From Rhynchobatus australiae (Eukaryota): a DNA stretch of 64,000 bases. Made by a program: the position numbers and the translations under genes. Under the pieces are notes generated by a model. That model had not been told where the DNA came from. It saw nothing but the letters and a program-made list of their open reading frames with translations, and searched no databases. Every line of letters begins with the position of its first letter. The first letter of the stretch is position 1. Shown here piece after piece: positions 36,433 to 50,333 of this stretch. The stretch spans positions 30,723,820 to 30,787,819 of the forward strand of contig JAUZTB010000033.1 in NCBI GenBank assembly GCA_034780895.1, in the 5' to 3' direction.

Positions 36433-39400
36433 TGTTGTGATGTGACTAAATGCAGACTTTGTATTTTTTTAATAACATCATAACACAGCATTGTTATCTA
36501 TTACATTCTGGCAAAAATTGTAGGTGCAGTGCACTCTGACTGATTCATACAGGGAGACCAGCAAAACTCTTTAGAATGCACTCCCAAGATCCAGTTTATA
36601 ATACCAAAAGCCAAATAATTTACATCTGCTTGTTAAATTCAGCAAAGTTAGAAGACAAACTGAAATGGTCTGGAAAGGAGGAGGGACCAACAACCATAAG
36701 CCAACTAGAGAGGGGCTCCAGGGAATGGTTGTGAAAATCTAACTTTCTGTAGGAATTGATTGCCAATAGTTATGTCTTAGAATGGATGTCCTGCATCTGA
36801 ATGGAAAATTGGCTATCCCTTATAATATCAATAAAGGGTGTATATTTCCTAATAGAGTTTTCCTGACCTAGGGTACAACATACACTGATAAAATCCCAGG
36901 CTGAACTATTCTAGATCAGCATATGTCCCAGAGTCACACAATTCATAAAAGGGCCAAGCATTTGCCATTAGTTTCAAGCATGGTGAGGTCACCGCTGATC
37001 TAGAAATAAATTTATATTTACCCTTGCACTGATTCTCGCACAAAGAACTTGAATGAACCACTTGGGCATAGGATACCCACAACAAAACTCTGCCCACAGC
37101 CAGCAGCACCCTCAATCTGCACCATACTCTGGTAGCTGGTTTACTTACATTATAGTGTGAATTTTGTAGCTGTCAAAATTCCTTTGGAAATATTCTAATG
37201 TACAGCTCGTTTAAAACCATTACTTTACAGTCCTTCCTCAATGGTTCCAGCAAGTCCATAAAATTACCTGTCAGTACAGGGTAAGCATAAGTACAACAAC
37301 AAGTCACCAGTACACTAATTTTGTGGGAAAAAGATGGAATAACCAGTCACACTATGATTTTGTGCTTTGCAGCACTTGTAGGTGGACCTATCATCAGCAA
37401 CAAATCAGTTATATAAATGGTCCTTTAAATTACACCATTCTAAGGCTATCACCAACTGCTTAAGAAGCAAAGCACTACAGATCCTAATTCCTCAGTTTAT
37501 ATGTTAAATATTCATTTGGATTTCTCTAATACATATAAATAAATGAAAATTGTCTGCTTGCTCTGGAACAAAAAAAAATCAGGATCAAAACTCTGACTCA
37601 CTCCCACCCATGGTTAATCATGTATATTTCATTCCATGCCTGATAACTTCTAGCAGAAATCGGGACAAACACAGGACTGCCCTGCAAGTCGATCTTTGAT
37701 GTCAAAGCATAATGGCTCCTGAAAGAACAGCACTAATACTTAATGTAACATGAAACCAGGGCCCAGCAGAGGGGCTGTCTGCTGTCAGGAACAAACTGCT
37801 TCTCTGCTCCTCTCTGGAGCTGACAAGAGCAAGGGCTGGCAGGGCAGCCGTGCTGTCACTACTCCAGCAGCCAGCACCGTGATTAGTGCAAATGGTTTGG
37901 TTTTTTTCCACATCAGTGTCATAAACGTGCAGAGATCTTTAACCNNNNNNNNNNNNNNNNNACTCCGTGTGCAGTGCTGAGACAGTCAACTCCTCTCATG
38001 TGCATAATCAAATATTATCCATCTAAGGAAATAAAATCTATACTTCTCAAATCACTAGGATGTGTTGTCATTATCCTTGGAAAGGATCATTTGCAGTGCT
38101 ATGGGAGAGAGCAGTGGATGGAGCCTAACTGGATATTACTATCTATGTGTGATATTATCAGAAAATTCAGACTGAAATATGAAATGAATGAAACTGATTA
38201 TTATTTTGACAACATATTACTTGCTAATAATTATGTTGTGGGCAGGTGCCACTAACCTGTGCTCCAGTGCTCATTACTCTAACAGGTTGTGCGGTCATCT
38301 CTCCATAATCATACTTCTAATCAGACCTTCTCATAGGCCACTCCTACCATTCCAGTTTAGACTTCTTGCAACTTCTTCCCCAAAGAGACCTTTCCATTGC
38401 TTGTAGTGGGTGATCCTCAGCCATTTACTACAGATACCTTGCAACATTCTCGCTCTGTGGTGTCAGTGCACCCTGTACACGCCTTCTCATTACTTCTGTG
38501 TTGATTGCTCAATTCTACCAGCTGCTACCCAACATCATTTTCAAACAACACGCTCCGAAAGTATCCAGTCTCGACTCATGTGCCTACATCAGGGTCCAGC
38601 TCTCAGCACTAAACTGAAGCATCAACAGACCCTTGTCTAGTACGTTCTCTTACACACCACTTTCCCACTGTGTAGCACATAAGTTAATTAGCACACAGTG
38701 ATAATAGCTGACAAATGCTTAGTGTATTTAAATGAAATTATACTGTCCATTATATTTATAGACATCTTAAACAATTTAAGATAACCAGGTTATTGGCTTC
38801 AACAAAATAGACAAAGTCAATTCATACAAACACACATGCTAATATCACACTGTGTCATTTCCAGGCCATAGAGAATAACAGATGGCTGGGAGTGTGTTAC
38901 ACAGCTGTCAGCACAATCATGGTGCTAGGTGGCAAAAGTATGATCGGGAACCTTGCACTGCTTATCCTGTTATCTAAACCCCTTGAATGAATCTGAAAAT
39001 CTCTGAGTTACATAATTCTGATCTTTAATATTCATTATGTACATCTATAAGTTCAACATTTTTACTGTTTGAGAGTCATTCCGCTTTTGCTTATTTTTTT
39101 TCACTTGATTTGACAGTGTAGAAAGAGATTGACAAAAAATAATCAGCATTGTGATGCTGGTGTTTTCTCTTTTATAAGTGATAAAACTAAAGGACTAATG
39201 AACAACAGGGTACTGCTTATTAAGGTCTGATACTACATTTGATCATAATATCATAATATATTTCATATTTTTCTCCTAAGATTCCCCACCTTATAAGCAT
39301 GTCAAAAAAGACCAGACTATAAAACTTCCTAAGGGTGAGTTAAAGGAAGTGATTTTGCAATAATTTCATTGGGAATCCTCAACTGAATCACAATCCTGTC

Positions 39401-40339
39401 AGTCACCTCAGGTATCTGTTAATCATCCTGTCATTCACTGTGCACTCCTATAACTCACTCTATAGTTCATTCCTTCTTGTCTATGTTTCCATTGTTATTC
39501 GTTACTTGACCCTCAAAATCATTTTTGCTCATTCTAACACGGGAATGCTTTATTCTGTGTTTTAGACTGTCAATCAGTTCTCAGGTGCTCATATTTTACT
39601 TTGTTGTTTTCAGTGCCACTCACTCCACAGCTCTCTGTTGTACTCTCTAACACTTGCACCCTAATACTGCTTCATTTATCTCCTTACCCCTGCTCCCCTT
39701 GAGGGGTCGACTCATGATAAGGTGCAATACTAAATGGACAATAAAAAGTATTACTTCAAAGACAGGGAGGATCTGTCATTGTGTTCCTAAATCCACTCAC
39801 CAGATACCTAGGAAACCACATGAATAAAACAAATGAATAATCCTTATTAAGTGCAAGTGACTTTATTCAAGCTTTACTCAAGACATTTTCACATTTCATT
39901 TTATACTTTATATGACCAGATCTAAATACTGTCAGCATAGAGTAACTACAAATTATAAAAGAAATTGAAGGGATATTTGTTTATTAGATTCAAACCAGCC
40001 TGAGATTCAACCCTCTCTTTAAACATTGCTGCATGTGCTTGTGTGAGTAGACAGCACTTTTGCACCATCTGTATTTTATTTTAACTAATAAAGTGGCTTC
40101 ATAACAGCAGCCTCTACACGTGTCGCTCTAATGTATTCCACGGGTGTGGAGGATTATTTCACTATGAGAGAGATAATTTTTCTGCAGCAAGCTTTTAAAT
40201 GTCAACCTCTGTGGTGAAATAACATTCAAAATTTCAATTCCAGACCATGTCCAGTAATCAACGCAACCTCAGTAAAATCGATGTAGACTAGTTGGTAATG
40301 CATGGGCCTGTACAATACTGAGTTGTAAAAAAAATGGCT

Positions 40340-40600
40340 AGTTTTGATCTCAGTTCTGTACTGAATTAGTTGGGATGACAGTAAGAATGCCACTACTAGC
40401 CTCAGCACAGCTAGGTTAAGAAGGGGAAAGATGAGGCAGGGTCCTTGCTGTAGTTTGTTCACTAATAAATCACTAGAAATGTGTACAAATGGACACTAGG
40501 AAAGGGTAGGATTGGGCCTACACTGGTGCCATGCATTGCCAGCTACTCCACTAATAGTCATAACAGAAATGCACTCATGTAGAATGGTGAGGTTTTGCAA
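40340..40600 (+). mobile_element. Ancient SINE-like repeat copy
   Basis: tctgtactgaattagttg...gcctcagcacagctaggttaagaaggggaaagatgaggcaggg...aggattgggcct; same motif order as 15790 and 59950 copies. Confidence 0.45.
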
Positions 40601-40837
40601 CTTATCATGAGTCAGCCTCTAAGGAGAGCAGTGATAAGGAGATAAATAGGGCTATATTAATTCCCTTTTAAGATTTTTTTATTTGTTAGTAACAAACCAC
40701 ATTCTCAACAAAAGGCATTATCAGTTGAAAATCTATTTCTGTCTTAGACAACTGCCACCTGCTTCTTGAGTTTATTTGTTTCATATTCTGCAGTCTAATG
40801 GAAGGTTCACCATACAGTATTTCCATATTTCCTTGGA

Positions 40838-41125
40838 AATAGGCCATTTGGCCCATCAAGTCTATGTCGGCTCATGGAGCAATTCCATTCTACCACTAAT
40901 TTTCATGACAGTCTTTTCTCCCTACTTTCCCTGAGATTCTATCACTGCACACTAGGAGCAATTTTCAGTGGCTGATTAACTTACCGACCCACACACCTTT
41001 GGGGTGTGGAGGAAACTGGAGCACCCAGGGAAAACTCATACATGCAAAGTCCTTGCAGGCAGCTCTGAAGATCAGGACTGAACCCATGTGACTGGAGTTG
41101 TGAGGCAGCAGCTCTACCAGCTGCT
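40838..41125 (-). mobile_element. Older HE1-type V-SINE with CR1-derived tail
   Basis: Plus strand: tail ggccatttggcccatc, V domain gtggaggaaactggagcacccagggaaaactca, head ggactgaaccc...ctggagttgtgaggcagcagctctaccagctgc. Confidence 0.8.
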
Positions 41126-44100
41126 TAGTCTAATTCCTTAGTCTAATAAATGTGAATATTGGCTCTGTAAATATTGTTATAATGATGTGCACCATGCAAC
41201 TTTTAATGTACTGGAGTACGTAAGGTAACAAAGCTTCTCCTTGCAGCTGTCAAAGATCATTTTCATGGGCCTGGATATTTATGGAGAATCTTATTGGCAA
41301 ATAAGAATATTATCTTAATACCATTTCTGAAAAGCAACGATTGGAATAAGTTGCATGTCTAAGAATATAAATACTTAAGGGGAAATCCACGCAAGCCATC
41401 ATTTTGTACACAATTCTTACTTTTACAAAGGTATAATTGATCTCTGATGTAGCATGCTGTATTTTTGTGTCAGTGCCATTTTTATCTAAATCATGTATTT
41501 AAACAATTGAATGAGTTTCCATCAGCACATCTGGATTGTAAGGCTGTACTTACAACTGTGGAGCTCTTCATGTCCCTTCATATCACATTTTAAGGAATTC
41601 GTATTTCAAATTTCATATATTCAATAAAGAAATTGAAAACATTTGCAAATTTCTCATACCTTTTAAAGAGGGATTTGCAACATAGCTCTTTAAACAAGAA
41701 GTTACAACATCGGGACTCTTAAAATCACTTATAAAGATAGATTGTCTGAGTCAGGGTCTGTTAAGAATCAGTCTCATTTTTTTGTCCTTTATAAGAGTCT
41801 CACCAATAAGAGAAATCTATGATAGCATTTACTGTTCATTTCTGAAATTCTTTCAGCTAATTTTATGACCAGAGATAGAAACCCCCAAAGAAAGGTTTTA
41901 AGGTAATCTCACCATAAATACTATCACCTTTGAAAAGTATGCAACCCTATCACTATTAGTCAGACCTTATTACAACTTGGATCAATATTTAAGAATTCAA
42001 AACTCTCATATTGCAAGCTAAAGCTAGCCCTTGAAATATTGAAAGTGTAAGAGCAGAAAATTCTAAAAATGGGGCCGCTAGAATCCCCTGGAAGCTACAC
42101 ATTGGAAACAGAGTATTGTTTCCACATATTGATACCGAGGAATCATAGCAACCCAATTACCATTCAGCTTTTCAAACTACAGACTCACCCATGCACACTT
42201 ATACACTGCTGGCTCACATACATACATACACAAAAAGATTTAACCAAAAGAAATTTCTGGCAGTAATCTCACTGATATAAATGGTATCAAATCGCAGTGT
42301 TGTTCGTCACACAGTCAGCACTTATCTAGGCAGACCCATAATATTCAAGTCTGGTTTTATGCAACTTTTTCCTTTTTGTCAATCCTGACCTATTGCGCAT
42401 AAGAGGATTCTACTGTACATGTAATTGCTTTCACTTGTAACTGTTCACCACAATGACAATGTGGCGCCTTGTTGATTACTGGAATATATCCCGTTCTCTC
42501 TGTAATTGAAAACATCAATGAAAATTCAAAGTTTCAGAATAATAAACTGCAGATCACTGAATTACAAACAACACAAAATGATCTAAGCAGTCACTCCCTG
42601 CGTATGATGAATGTGCTCCCATCTGTGTTTTGGACTGGACAGTTCAAAATTGCATACCCAGAAATTTCTAAAGTGGAAAACAGGATACAACACCCTAAAT
42701 TTTAAGATTGAAATTTTTCCTTCCAATCACATCATCACCTCAAATTTTGTCTCACTATTATGCTCTGAAGGTTCAAATTATTAAGACTATCATTTTATTT
42801 TCAATTAATTCTCAGCAGTAAAACAATCAAAATTTTTCCCTGAATCATACTCTCTCTTCTTTAGTCTGCTTCATCTCCAGTATTTGACTTGGCAAAAGAA
42901 GGAATGAAGCCTAATTTTAGGCACTTCTAAATGATATGCAATCTAATCTTAGATTGATCCAATCAGTCACGTATTTGGGTGTGTTGTCGTTGTGGGTGCT
43001 GGACTGAACTCCAGACTATTGTGATAGAGAATGCTGTTGCAAATTGGAAAAAGTGACAGATGTATCAACACAATATGCCACAACAAAAGGACACTACTTT
43101 CACACTAATACTTCCAAACTATATGAAGTCAACTCATCAACTAAACTTACCTAATAACTTTCAAAAACAATGAAAATAGTGCTCCTAACTAAATTTTAAA
43201 ACTCAGATAACCCAGCCATGACCTTGAAATTCCCTTTGGGAAAGTATCCATTTGTGCAAAATTCCTTTCCCCATTTTAGTAGAGGCACCAATTAATTTAT
43301 TTTAAATATGTTAGTACTAAGTTAAGAAGCATAGAAGGAATTTCATACAATCGAGTTAATCATTTCCACAGTAGTGTGCCATGCATAATTTCATGGCCAA
43401 TAGTTTTAAACATTCAAATTGCAGAAGATTAAGATAGCACACAGCACCATGCAATATATCCAGATACAGGGCAATCTAGTCATTGCATACATCCAATATG
43501 AGTAACAGGCCAGGATTTTGCACATCGCCATACAGTGCAAGCTGCTGTTCCAACGATATCCTGTCAAACATTGCTTTTCACTGGTGGAAGAAAATAAGGG
43601 ACAACCTGAGATTCTACTCATTGGACATCTAGAAATTGATAAGGCAATAGTTAATGTGAAGACAAAAAAAGAAATTTACCAAAACTGCCACACAGTATAA
43701 ATCCAATAGCATTACACTGGATAATTCTGGCTTTCAGCAGATTCTGGGCATAAATCACGCTGCTTTTAATATCCTAATTTAGTAGCAATATTTTTTGCTT
43801 ATCAAAACTTTTTCCATGTGTTACAAAGATTCCATTCAAATGCACTAACAGAACACGGTTTAATCTATGTGACTAAATAGAGGGTGGTGCTTATTTAAAG
43901 TGGTCCAGCACATATCCTCACTGGGCCTGCTGACGTTTGCCTGGACTAAAAAAGTAAAAAAACAATGGCCTAGGAATTCAGTCGCATGGCAATGTTTTTC
44001 CATTGCTATGGATTTGAAGATCATGCCTCCAGAGTGAAAAGTGATTAGAACCATTTCCAGCCATTTCAGAAATTTGTTAAGGCAATATCAGTGAAGGTCT

Positions 44101-44920
44101 GACTTTCTTTTTTATATATAGGAGAATTTGCACAGTGACGTTGTTGTTCAAAGTGTTTGCATACAAACTAACTAAGTAGTCATTTGACCTATCTGTAATC
44201 CAGTTCCTAAGGCCACAATTTTCAATGGCTACAAGAGCTATGAATTGCAACCCCTGTAAATGTTTAATTCTAACTCCATACCCAAACAATACAGCTTGTG
44301 ACAACAAATATGATAGGTGTGCTATCACATCTCACCACAAAGTTGGTGCAGCTGGCTATATGCTAACAGAAATATATTACTTATTTAAGAGGGAGGAAAA
44401 AGCTAATTATATTAAACACTCTCAGAAGGTAGGAATACAAGTGTTTAAATTATTCTTTTTTTATTATTATTATTACTCCTGTTATAGAGTGTGCTGTTAC
44501 TAATGTTTCCCCCATGTATTTGCAAGGCTGTTGGTGAAGGCAGCTCAACATCATTCAGATGTGAATGCAATAAGTAACATGTAGATCAGTTCAGGCACAA
44601 TAATATGGGAAAGGGGCATGAGTTAATTAAAACGTTGTATAACAGCTGCACATTAACTGCTAAATGGCCCCTCAGAGTATGGATATTTGTGGGAAGGATA
44701 ATGCCACATAATGTAAGTACAATACTGTTAAGCTTCAGCAATTCTGCCTCTCAACCCAGTTTCTGCAAACTTTCCCATTTAGATATACTGATAATGCCTC
44801 TCCCAACTTCCTATCATTGCAAGATATATTAATAATTGCAAAGTTATTTAAACTAATACTTGTTGCTGGACTTCAAAGGAAAGTCAAAGGGCTAGAATTA
44901 AATACCACTTTAAGAGCTTT

Positions 44921-45280
44921 AATTGGTATTGGTTTATTATTGTCACTTGTACCAAGGTACAGTGAAAAGCTTGTCTTACAAACCAATCATACAAGTCAAT
45001 TCATTACACAGTGCAGTACATTGAGTTAGTACAGAGTACATTGATGTAATACAGGTAAAAACAATAACAGTACAGAGNNNNNNNNNNNNNNNNNNNNNNN
45101 NNNNNNNNNNNNNNNNNNNNNNNNNNNNNNNNNNNNNNNNNNNNNNNNNNNNNNNNNNNNNNNNNNNNNNNNNNNNNCACAGCTACAGAGAAAGTGCAAT
45201 GCAATAAGGTGCAAAGTCACAACAAGGTAGATCGTGAGGTCAGAGTCCATCTCATTGTATAAGGGAACTGTTCAATTGGT
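44921..45280 (-). mobile_element. Rex1-type LINE 3' UTR fragment
   Basis: Minus-strand 3' end ttttcactgtaccttggtacaagtgacaataataaa plus (ccaata)n tail, same architecture as the RT-bearing element at 20059; flanked by direct repeat aattggt. Confidence 0.7.
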
Positions 45281-45639
45281 CTGTATATGAATTTAGTGTT
45301 TTAGCAAAGAGGGGCTATTCTTCACCAAAACAGATAGTGATAAGTTTCTTTCAACATTCAGTCTTTTCAAGTGTTGGGTTGGGTGAGATTCCCAGACCAT
45401 TTTTGGTTCAGCCAGTTTTCTTGCTTCTTCTCTTGAATGTTCATGCATATGCTGGGCACAATTTCACAAAGAATTTAGCTTCTTACTGGTTTGTTTGCAT
45501 TAATTTCATGTGCATTGGTACTTAGCAATTGGACTACTGATGCATGGAACAGGGAGACTTACATTTAATATCAACTCCTAACTATTAACTTTATCACAAT
45601 ATTAACACTCCCAGAGCCACCATTCACTACAAAATACAG

Positions 45640-46720
45640 AAAACGTTTATGAGTTTCAATATGGACTGCTTTGCCTTGATCTCCACAGGCATCTATTTTT
45701 TGGTTCATTCATATTTTGCCTAGCAATGGACCTTCCTCCTCCCAAACAACCAGCTTACAAATACTGCTCAGGTTCTCCTTTACTCCTCCTTTTCCCATTT
45801 ACACGTTGCCCCTTGATGACATTACCTAAAGATTTATAGTTAACTCTGACATGTATGCTGACAACATGCACTTCCCACCAAAACCAATTACCACTGAGCT
45901 CTGAAATACTTGTCTGATATCAAATCAATAATGTGCCAGAATTCTCTCCAAATCCACAAAGGCAAATCCAGATCCATTCTGATTGTGTTTTTTTCCAAAA
46001 CATCTGTAACCTTGTGACCAAGCCTATCCTCCACATCAATATTTACTCAGGTTCAGGTTGATCCCAAAGATTCAAAACACAATGTACATTCCTGTTCTGA
46101 GTTTCAAATTCCATATGACCAAAGCTATTTACTTTCACCTCCACAAATTAATTCCTCCTGCCATTATCTTATCCTGTTGTGTTGTTATGTTATGTTATAT
46201 TATGTTATTTTATCCACTTTAAGAGGACAGGGTATAGCTTGGTATATGTAGAGTAGTTAGCGTGAGGCAATAGAGGAACAGCATATTGTCTCAATTTTAC
46301 CAAGCCGTAATGTGTGTGTTTAATCACTAATAAGAGGCTAAGTCATCAAGAGTTTACAACTCCTACTCTAATCCTTATTCACACTTTCATTACCTTCACA
46401 TTCTCCCCATAGGCCTCCAAAGTTCCATGGTACATGAATTCCAACTTATCAAGAACTNNNAAACCTACGTTAAAACTGCTCCATCCCCACAGCCTCATCT
46501 GCCTTCACTGACAGCTCACATCTACCAAGGCATGGGATTCCAAACCTCAGACATTTAGATGTTTCTTAGTCCAAGCGTACTCTACCTTGGAGCATATAAT
46601 GTATCTGCATGCCAGTTTGTTCTGTGTGATTTTTTTTATTCCAATCCCCTGGGCTTCACCTTTCCCTCTGCTCCACCTTCAATAAAATAACTTTCAATTA
46701 CCTTTGATCCATACTTTGAA
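45640..46720 (+). mobile_element. Decayed L2 LINE reverse transcriptase to 3' region
   Basis: IYTLPLDDI (45797), MYADN (45851, catalytic YADD box), LKYLSDIKSIMCQNSLQIHKGK (45901) match L2 IYMLPLGDI / YADD / CLSDI..WM..NFLQLN..K. Confidence 0.8.
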
Positions 46721-47714
46721 TGCACCCCACAAAATTCATCCACCACTATTTCCACTACCAAAGCCTTGTTCTTCAAACATGCTCTCAGTTATCTCTCCTT
46801 TTATTGCTTGGCATTTATATTTCCTCAGTGGATGCATCTACTTTGTTAAAAATGATATTTAAGGAAATAAATCTAACTTCCTTTCATAGATGGGAAAATA
46901 CGAGATCAGGTTAACAAACTCCTTCTGTCCCCAATCCTTGGTATACTCTACTGCTTAAATAAACTTGTAACACACAGATAATACAGACAGGTTTACAAAA
47001 GTCCCTAAACAGCATCATCAAGCTCGGTAAACCCAAGTAAGGAAACATCACATGCCTCTCACAATAGTCCATTTCAGTCAAGCCAGGAAGCACATCAACA
47101 GGAGACACATGATAATACTGAGGATCTGCAGTATTTACCATTATATGTTACAGTGACATAATAGTGTTTTTTTTATTGAATCTTTCCACATCAGGGAATT
47201 GGAATTAGTTCAAGAAATAACATTCATAAGACACATGGAAAAGGGGGGCATTTTGTTACAATTATCACACACATTCCAACCATGGATAGAGTCAAAATGT
47301 TTCCACTTCTTGTGAGTGGATCATTAATTGGAATTTTCTCCCTCTGCTTTTCACTCTGATGAATGTTAATCCTGGGAAGTGAACTTTCTTCCAATTCAGA
47401 CACTGCTGTCAGCTTCAAGAACCCCTAGTATAGCCACAGATGAAGACTAAACCATTTCACTATGTTTATACACACTGCATAAGCATTTCATTTCTAGATT
47501 AAGTGACCTATATTTGTCCTCCAATTAATGTCAAGCCTCTTCTTTAGTTTTTCCATATTACTCACTCTAAAGGCAAACACTTGAGTAGATTTTACACAAG
47601 TACAACTTATGTGCATTTCTACTTATTTGTATTTAATTAAGAAATAATTTTGGTTCATTAAAAGGTATTTATTATTTATGTACAATTTTAGATAATTGCA
47701 AGAACAACTGGTCA

Positions 47715-48170
47715 CATTTTTAAGCACATCCCATGTTAAAACATTACAGAGAGCTTCACAAGGCAAAGGAAAAATGATGGACACTGAAGCATGCAAAAAT
47801 AAAGAAATAAAACTGCACCAGAAACCTGACAACGCAAGCCAAAGTAAAAGATTCAGAGAAGTTTTATAAACGAGGAGATAAGTGGCAAGGATTAAAGGAG
47901 GAACTGCCCAACAGTGGCTAAAAGAAGGTCAACCATGATGGAGACATGGGAATGAGAAAGAAGCTCAACCTATGGATGGTGAAAACATGATGGTAAAGTG
48001 AATCAAGTCTGTGGAAGTGTTTGAATATTAAGACAAGGTTCTTGAAAATAATTTGTTAATAATATGCTGGAGCATAAAGATTGCAGCTGCCTCATGGGCA
48101 TCAACTATGAGAACTAGGCACAGCAGTTCTTGACATGAATTATAACATGAAATCAGATGGGGAGCACATT
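47715..48170 (-). mobile_element. Very old L2 3' fragment
   Basis: Purine-rich, with gagcttcacaagg...ggacactgaagc...gttttataaacgaggaga...aaaggaggaactgccc resembling the reversed L2 3' ends at 14380 and 55345. Confidence 0.4.
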
Positions 48171-48213
48171 GTAATAAGAGACATAAAATAAAAGTTTATT
48201 AAAGTTTATAAAA

Positions 48214-48453
48214 GGGTGGCACGGTAGCATCAAAGGGCCGCACGGTAGTGTAGCAGTTAGTGGAACTCTATTACATCACTAGTGATCGGGGTTCAATTCC
48301 CGCTGCTGTCTGTAAGGAGTTTGTATGTTCTCCGGGTGCTCCGGCTTCCTCCCACATTCCAAAGGCATACAGATTAGTAGGTTAACAAGGGTGTCATTGG
48401 GCGGTGTGAGCTTATTGGGCCGGAAGGACCTGTTACCGTGCTGTATAAATAAA
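48214..48453 (+). mobile_element. V-SINE (HE1-type) with CR1-derived tail
   Basis: A-box tagcagttagt, B-box gggttcaattccc, gtaaggagtttgtatgttctcc, V domain gggtgctccggcttcctcccacattcc, tail gggccggaaggacctgttaccgtgctgtat. Confidence 0.9.
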
Positions 48454-49608
48454 GTTTTAAAGTGTTAAAGAGTTTCTTAAGCACTTAGAAAACATTTGTT
48501 TTGTAGATTTTTAATGCAACTTGATGAGATAAGTGCATCAGAGTGAATATTTTGGTCTTAAGAAGCATTAATTGCCTTAAATGGTTTCCAAACTTAATGA
48601 AAAATAAATGCAGGATGAATGCAGGAAATTATTTCTATACTAATATGTATATAGTCAGTCTTATTTATTTATTTTGAAACCTCAGCACAGTCAGTGCCCT
48701 TCAACCGATCTACTTTATGCCACTAAACACAACATTTAGATCCTCTCTTTAAAAAGTAATGAAGAACTGATTTCCTTCATCCAGTGAGTCTGACATAGAC
48801 TGTTTATAATAGCAATGATATCAGACCATACACCAGTAACAGTAATTGGATAACACCCGGGTACTTTCTAAATGGGGAAGGGGAATTAGAGGGGAATAAA
48901 TCAAGTGAAAAGAAACAACCCTTTCAATACAAACAGAAAATGGTCTCATTTTCAATTTAGCTGAAGGAAATACAAACAAGCAGAATAAAAATAGTCAATG
49001 CACAAACCCACAATGAGAGGGTTGATAGGGAAAAATACTTTCAACTCTGAATGGTTTTGGATTGTAAGCAAGCCAGCCACAGAAGAGTGTGGACTGGGAT
49101 TAATGTTTGTAGAAAATTATAAGTGTATTTGAAGAAAAATGCGGCAAAGTAACCGCCTGCATACTGCACTCACTTTCAACAACACTCTGCCTCAATGCCA
49201 GTACAGACAGCCCAAACCACTGCATTTTAATTACTGTACTGCCGTGCACATGCAGCCCTTTGATATGGAAATGTTTTCCATCCCGAACAGTACCCTCCCA
49301 CAACTTTAAGTATGGCAATCCTTATCAGCTTCTTAAAATTGAGACCAGAATTGCAAATCAATGCCTGGTCACCAAGCTTGGGAGTCGACTGATGTGCAGG
49401 AACTGTCCTTGCTCATTAAGTTTGTCAACCAATGGACACACTTGGTGCTGATGTCCATGTCTTGAGCAGGAATTACATATGTACATCTCTTTCCCTGACA
49501 ATAACATTTGCTTTAGTGATCTTCAATAGATTTTTTTTTCTTATTTTGTATGTTCTTCCAATGAATTAAATCTCTTTGTTCAGTTTTTTTTTGCTAGCTC
49601 AGAGGTCA

Positions 49609-49610
<2 letters not shown>

Positions 49611-49646
<36 letters not shown>
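49611..49646. repeat. (GT)18 microsatellite
   Basis: Perfect GT dinucleotide run. Confidence 0.98.
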
Positions 49647-49648
<2 letters not shown>

Positions 49649-50093
49649 CTAGTGCTGGAGACTGTTTTAGGTGATTTTGGGAGCCATGTATTCAGAGATT
49701 GGCAATATATTTACTACTACAAATAAAAGGAAATAAAGTATCACCACATGCAGTTCAGAAGAATGATCTTGTCCAATGGCTGGATATTGGCAGTGGATAT
49801 ATCGTGTGACAATTCCACCATCTTCAGCCTGGCTAACATGCAGCAATAAATACAGAGCACCAATTATTGGCCCATCCTTGCCACTCTCAAGCAAGACAAC
49901 TGCTGAAGAGTCAAAGGTACAAATACATTTTTGCACCAATTAGGAACTTGCAAATTCCTTAGAGGCACAGGTTTCTAGTGCTACCAAATCTACCTTGAAG
50001 TCAAAAGAGGATAATTCAGCAACCAACTGTCAGGTTGTGATCTGCCTCACAAATGCACATCAGCCTTGACACTTTTGAAAGTGAAGGAATTAC

Positions 50094-50333
50094 CTTGTTG
50101 ACATATGGACTCAAGAAAGCTCTACTCTTAAAACATGTACAAGTGGAGTTAGGTCTGAAACATCTATTGCCGTCTTGGAAGCGGGGAAAATCCGAGCTGC
50201 AGCAGACATTATATCAACCACAGCAGAAACATTTATAATGCCTCTGTCACATTATGTCAATGCTGGAGAATGGAAAATTTTGCACTCTAGACATTTCACG
50301 CACCAATGACAGCATCAAATGGTCCCAGATCTG
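50094..50333 (-). other. Candidate internal non-coding exon
   Basis: Acceptor ttccctctgtctttgccttacag| (tandem CAGCAG) and donor aag|gtaatt; 240 nt; stops in all three frames. Confidence 0.3.
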
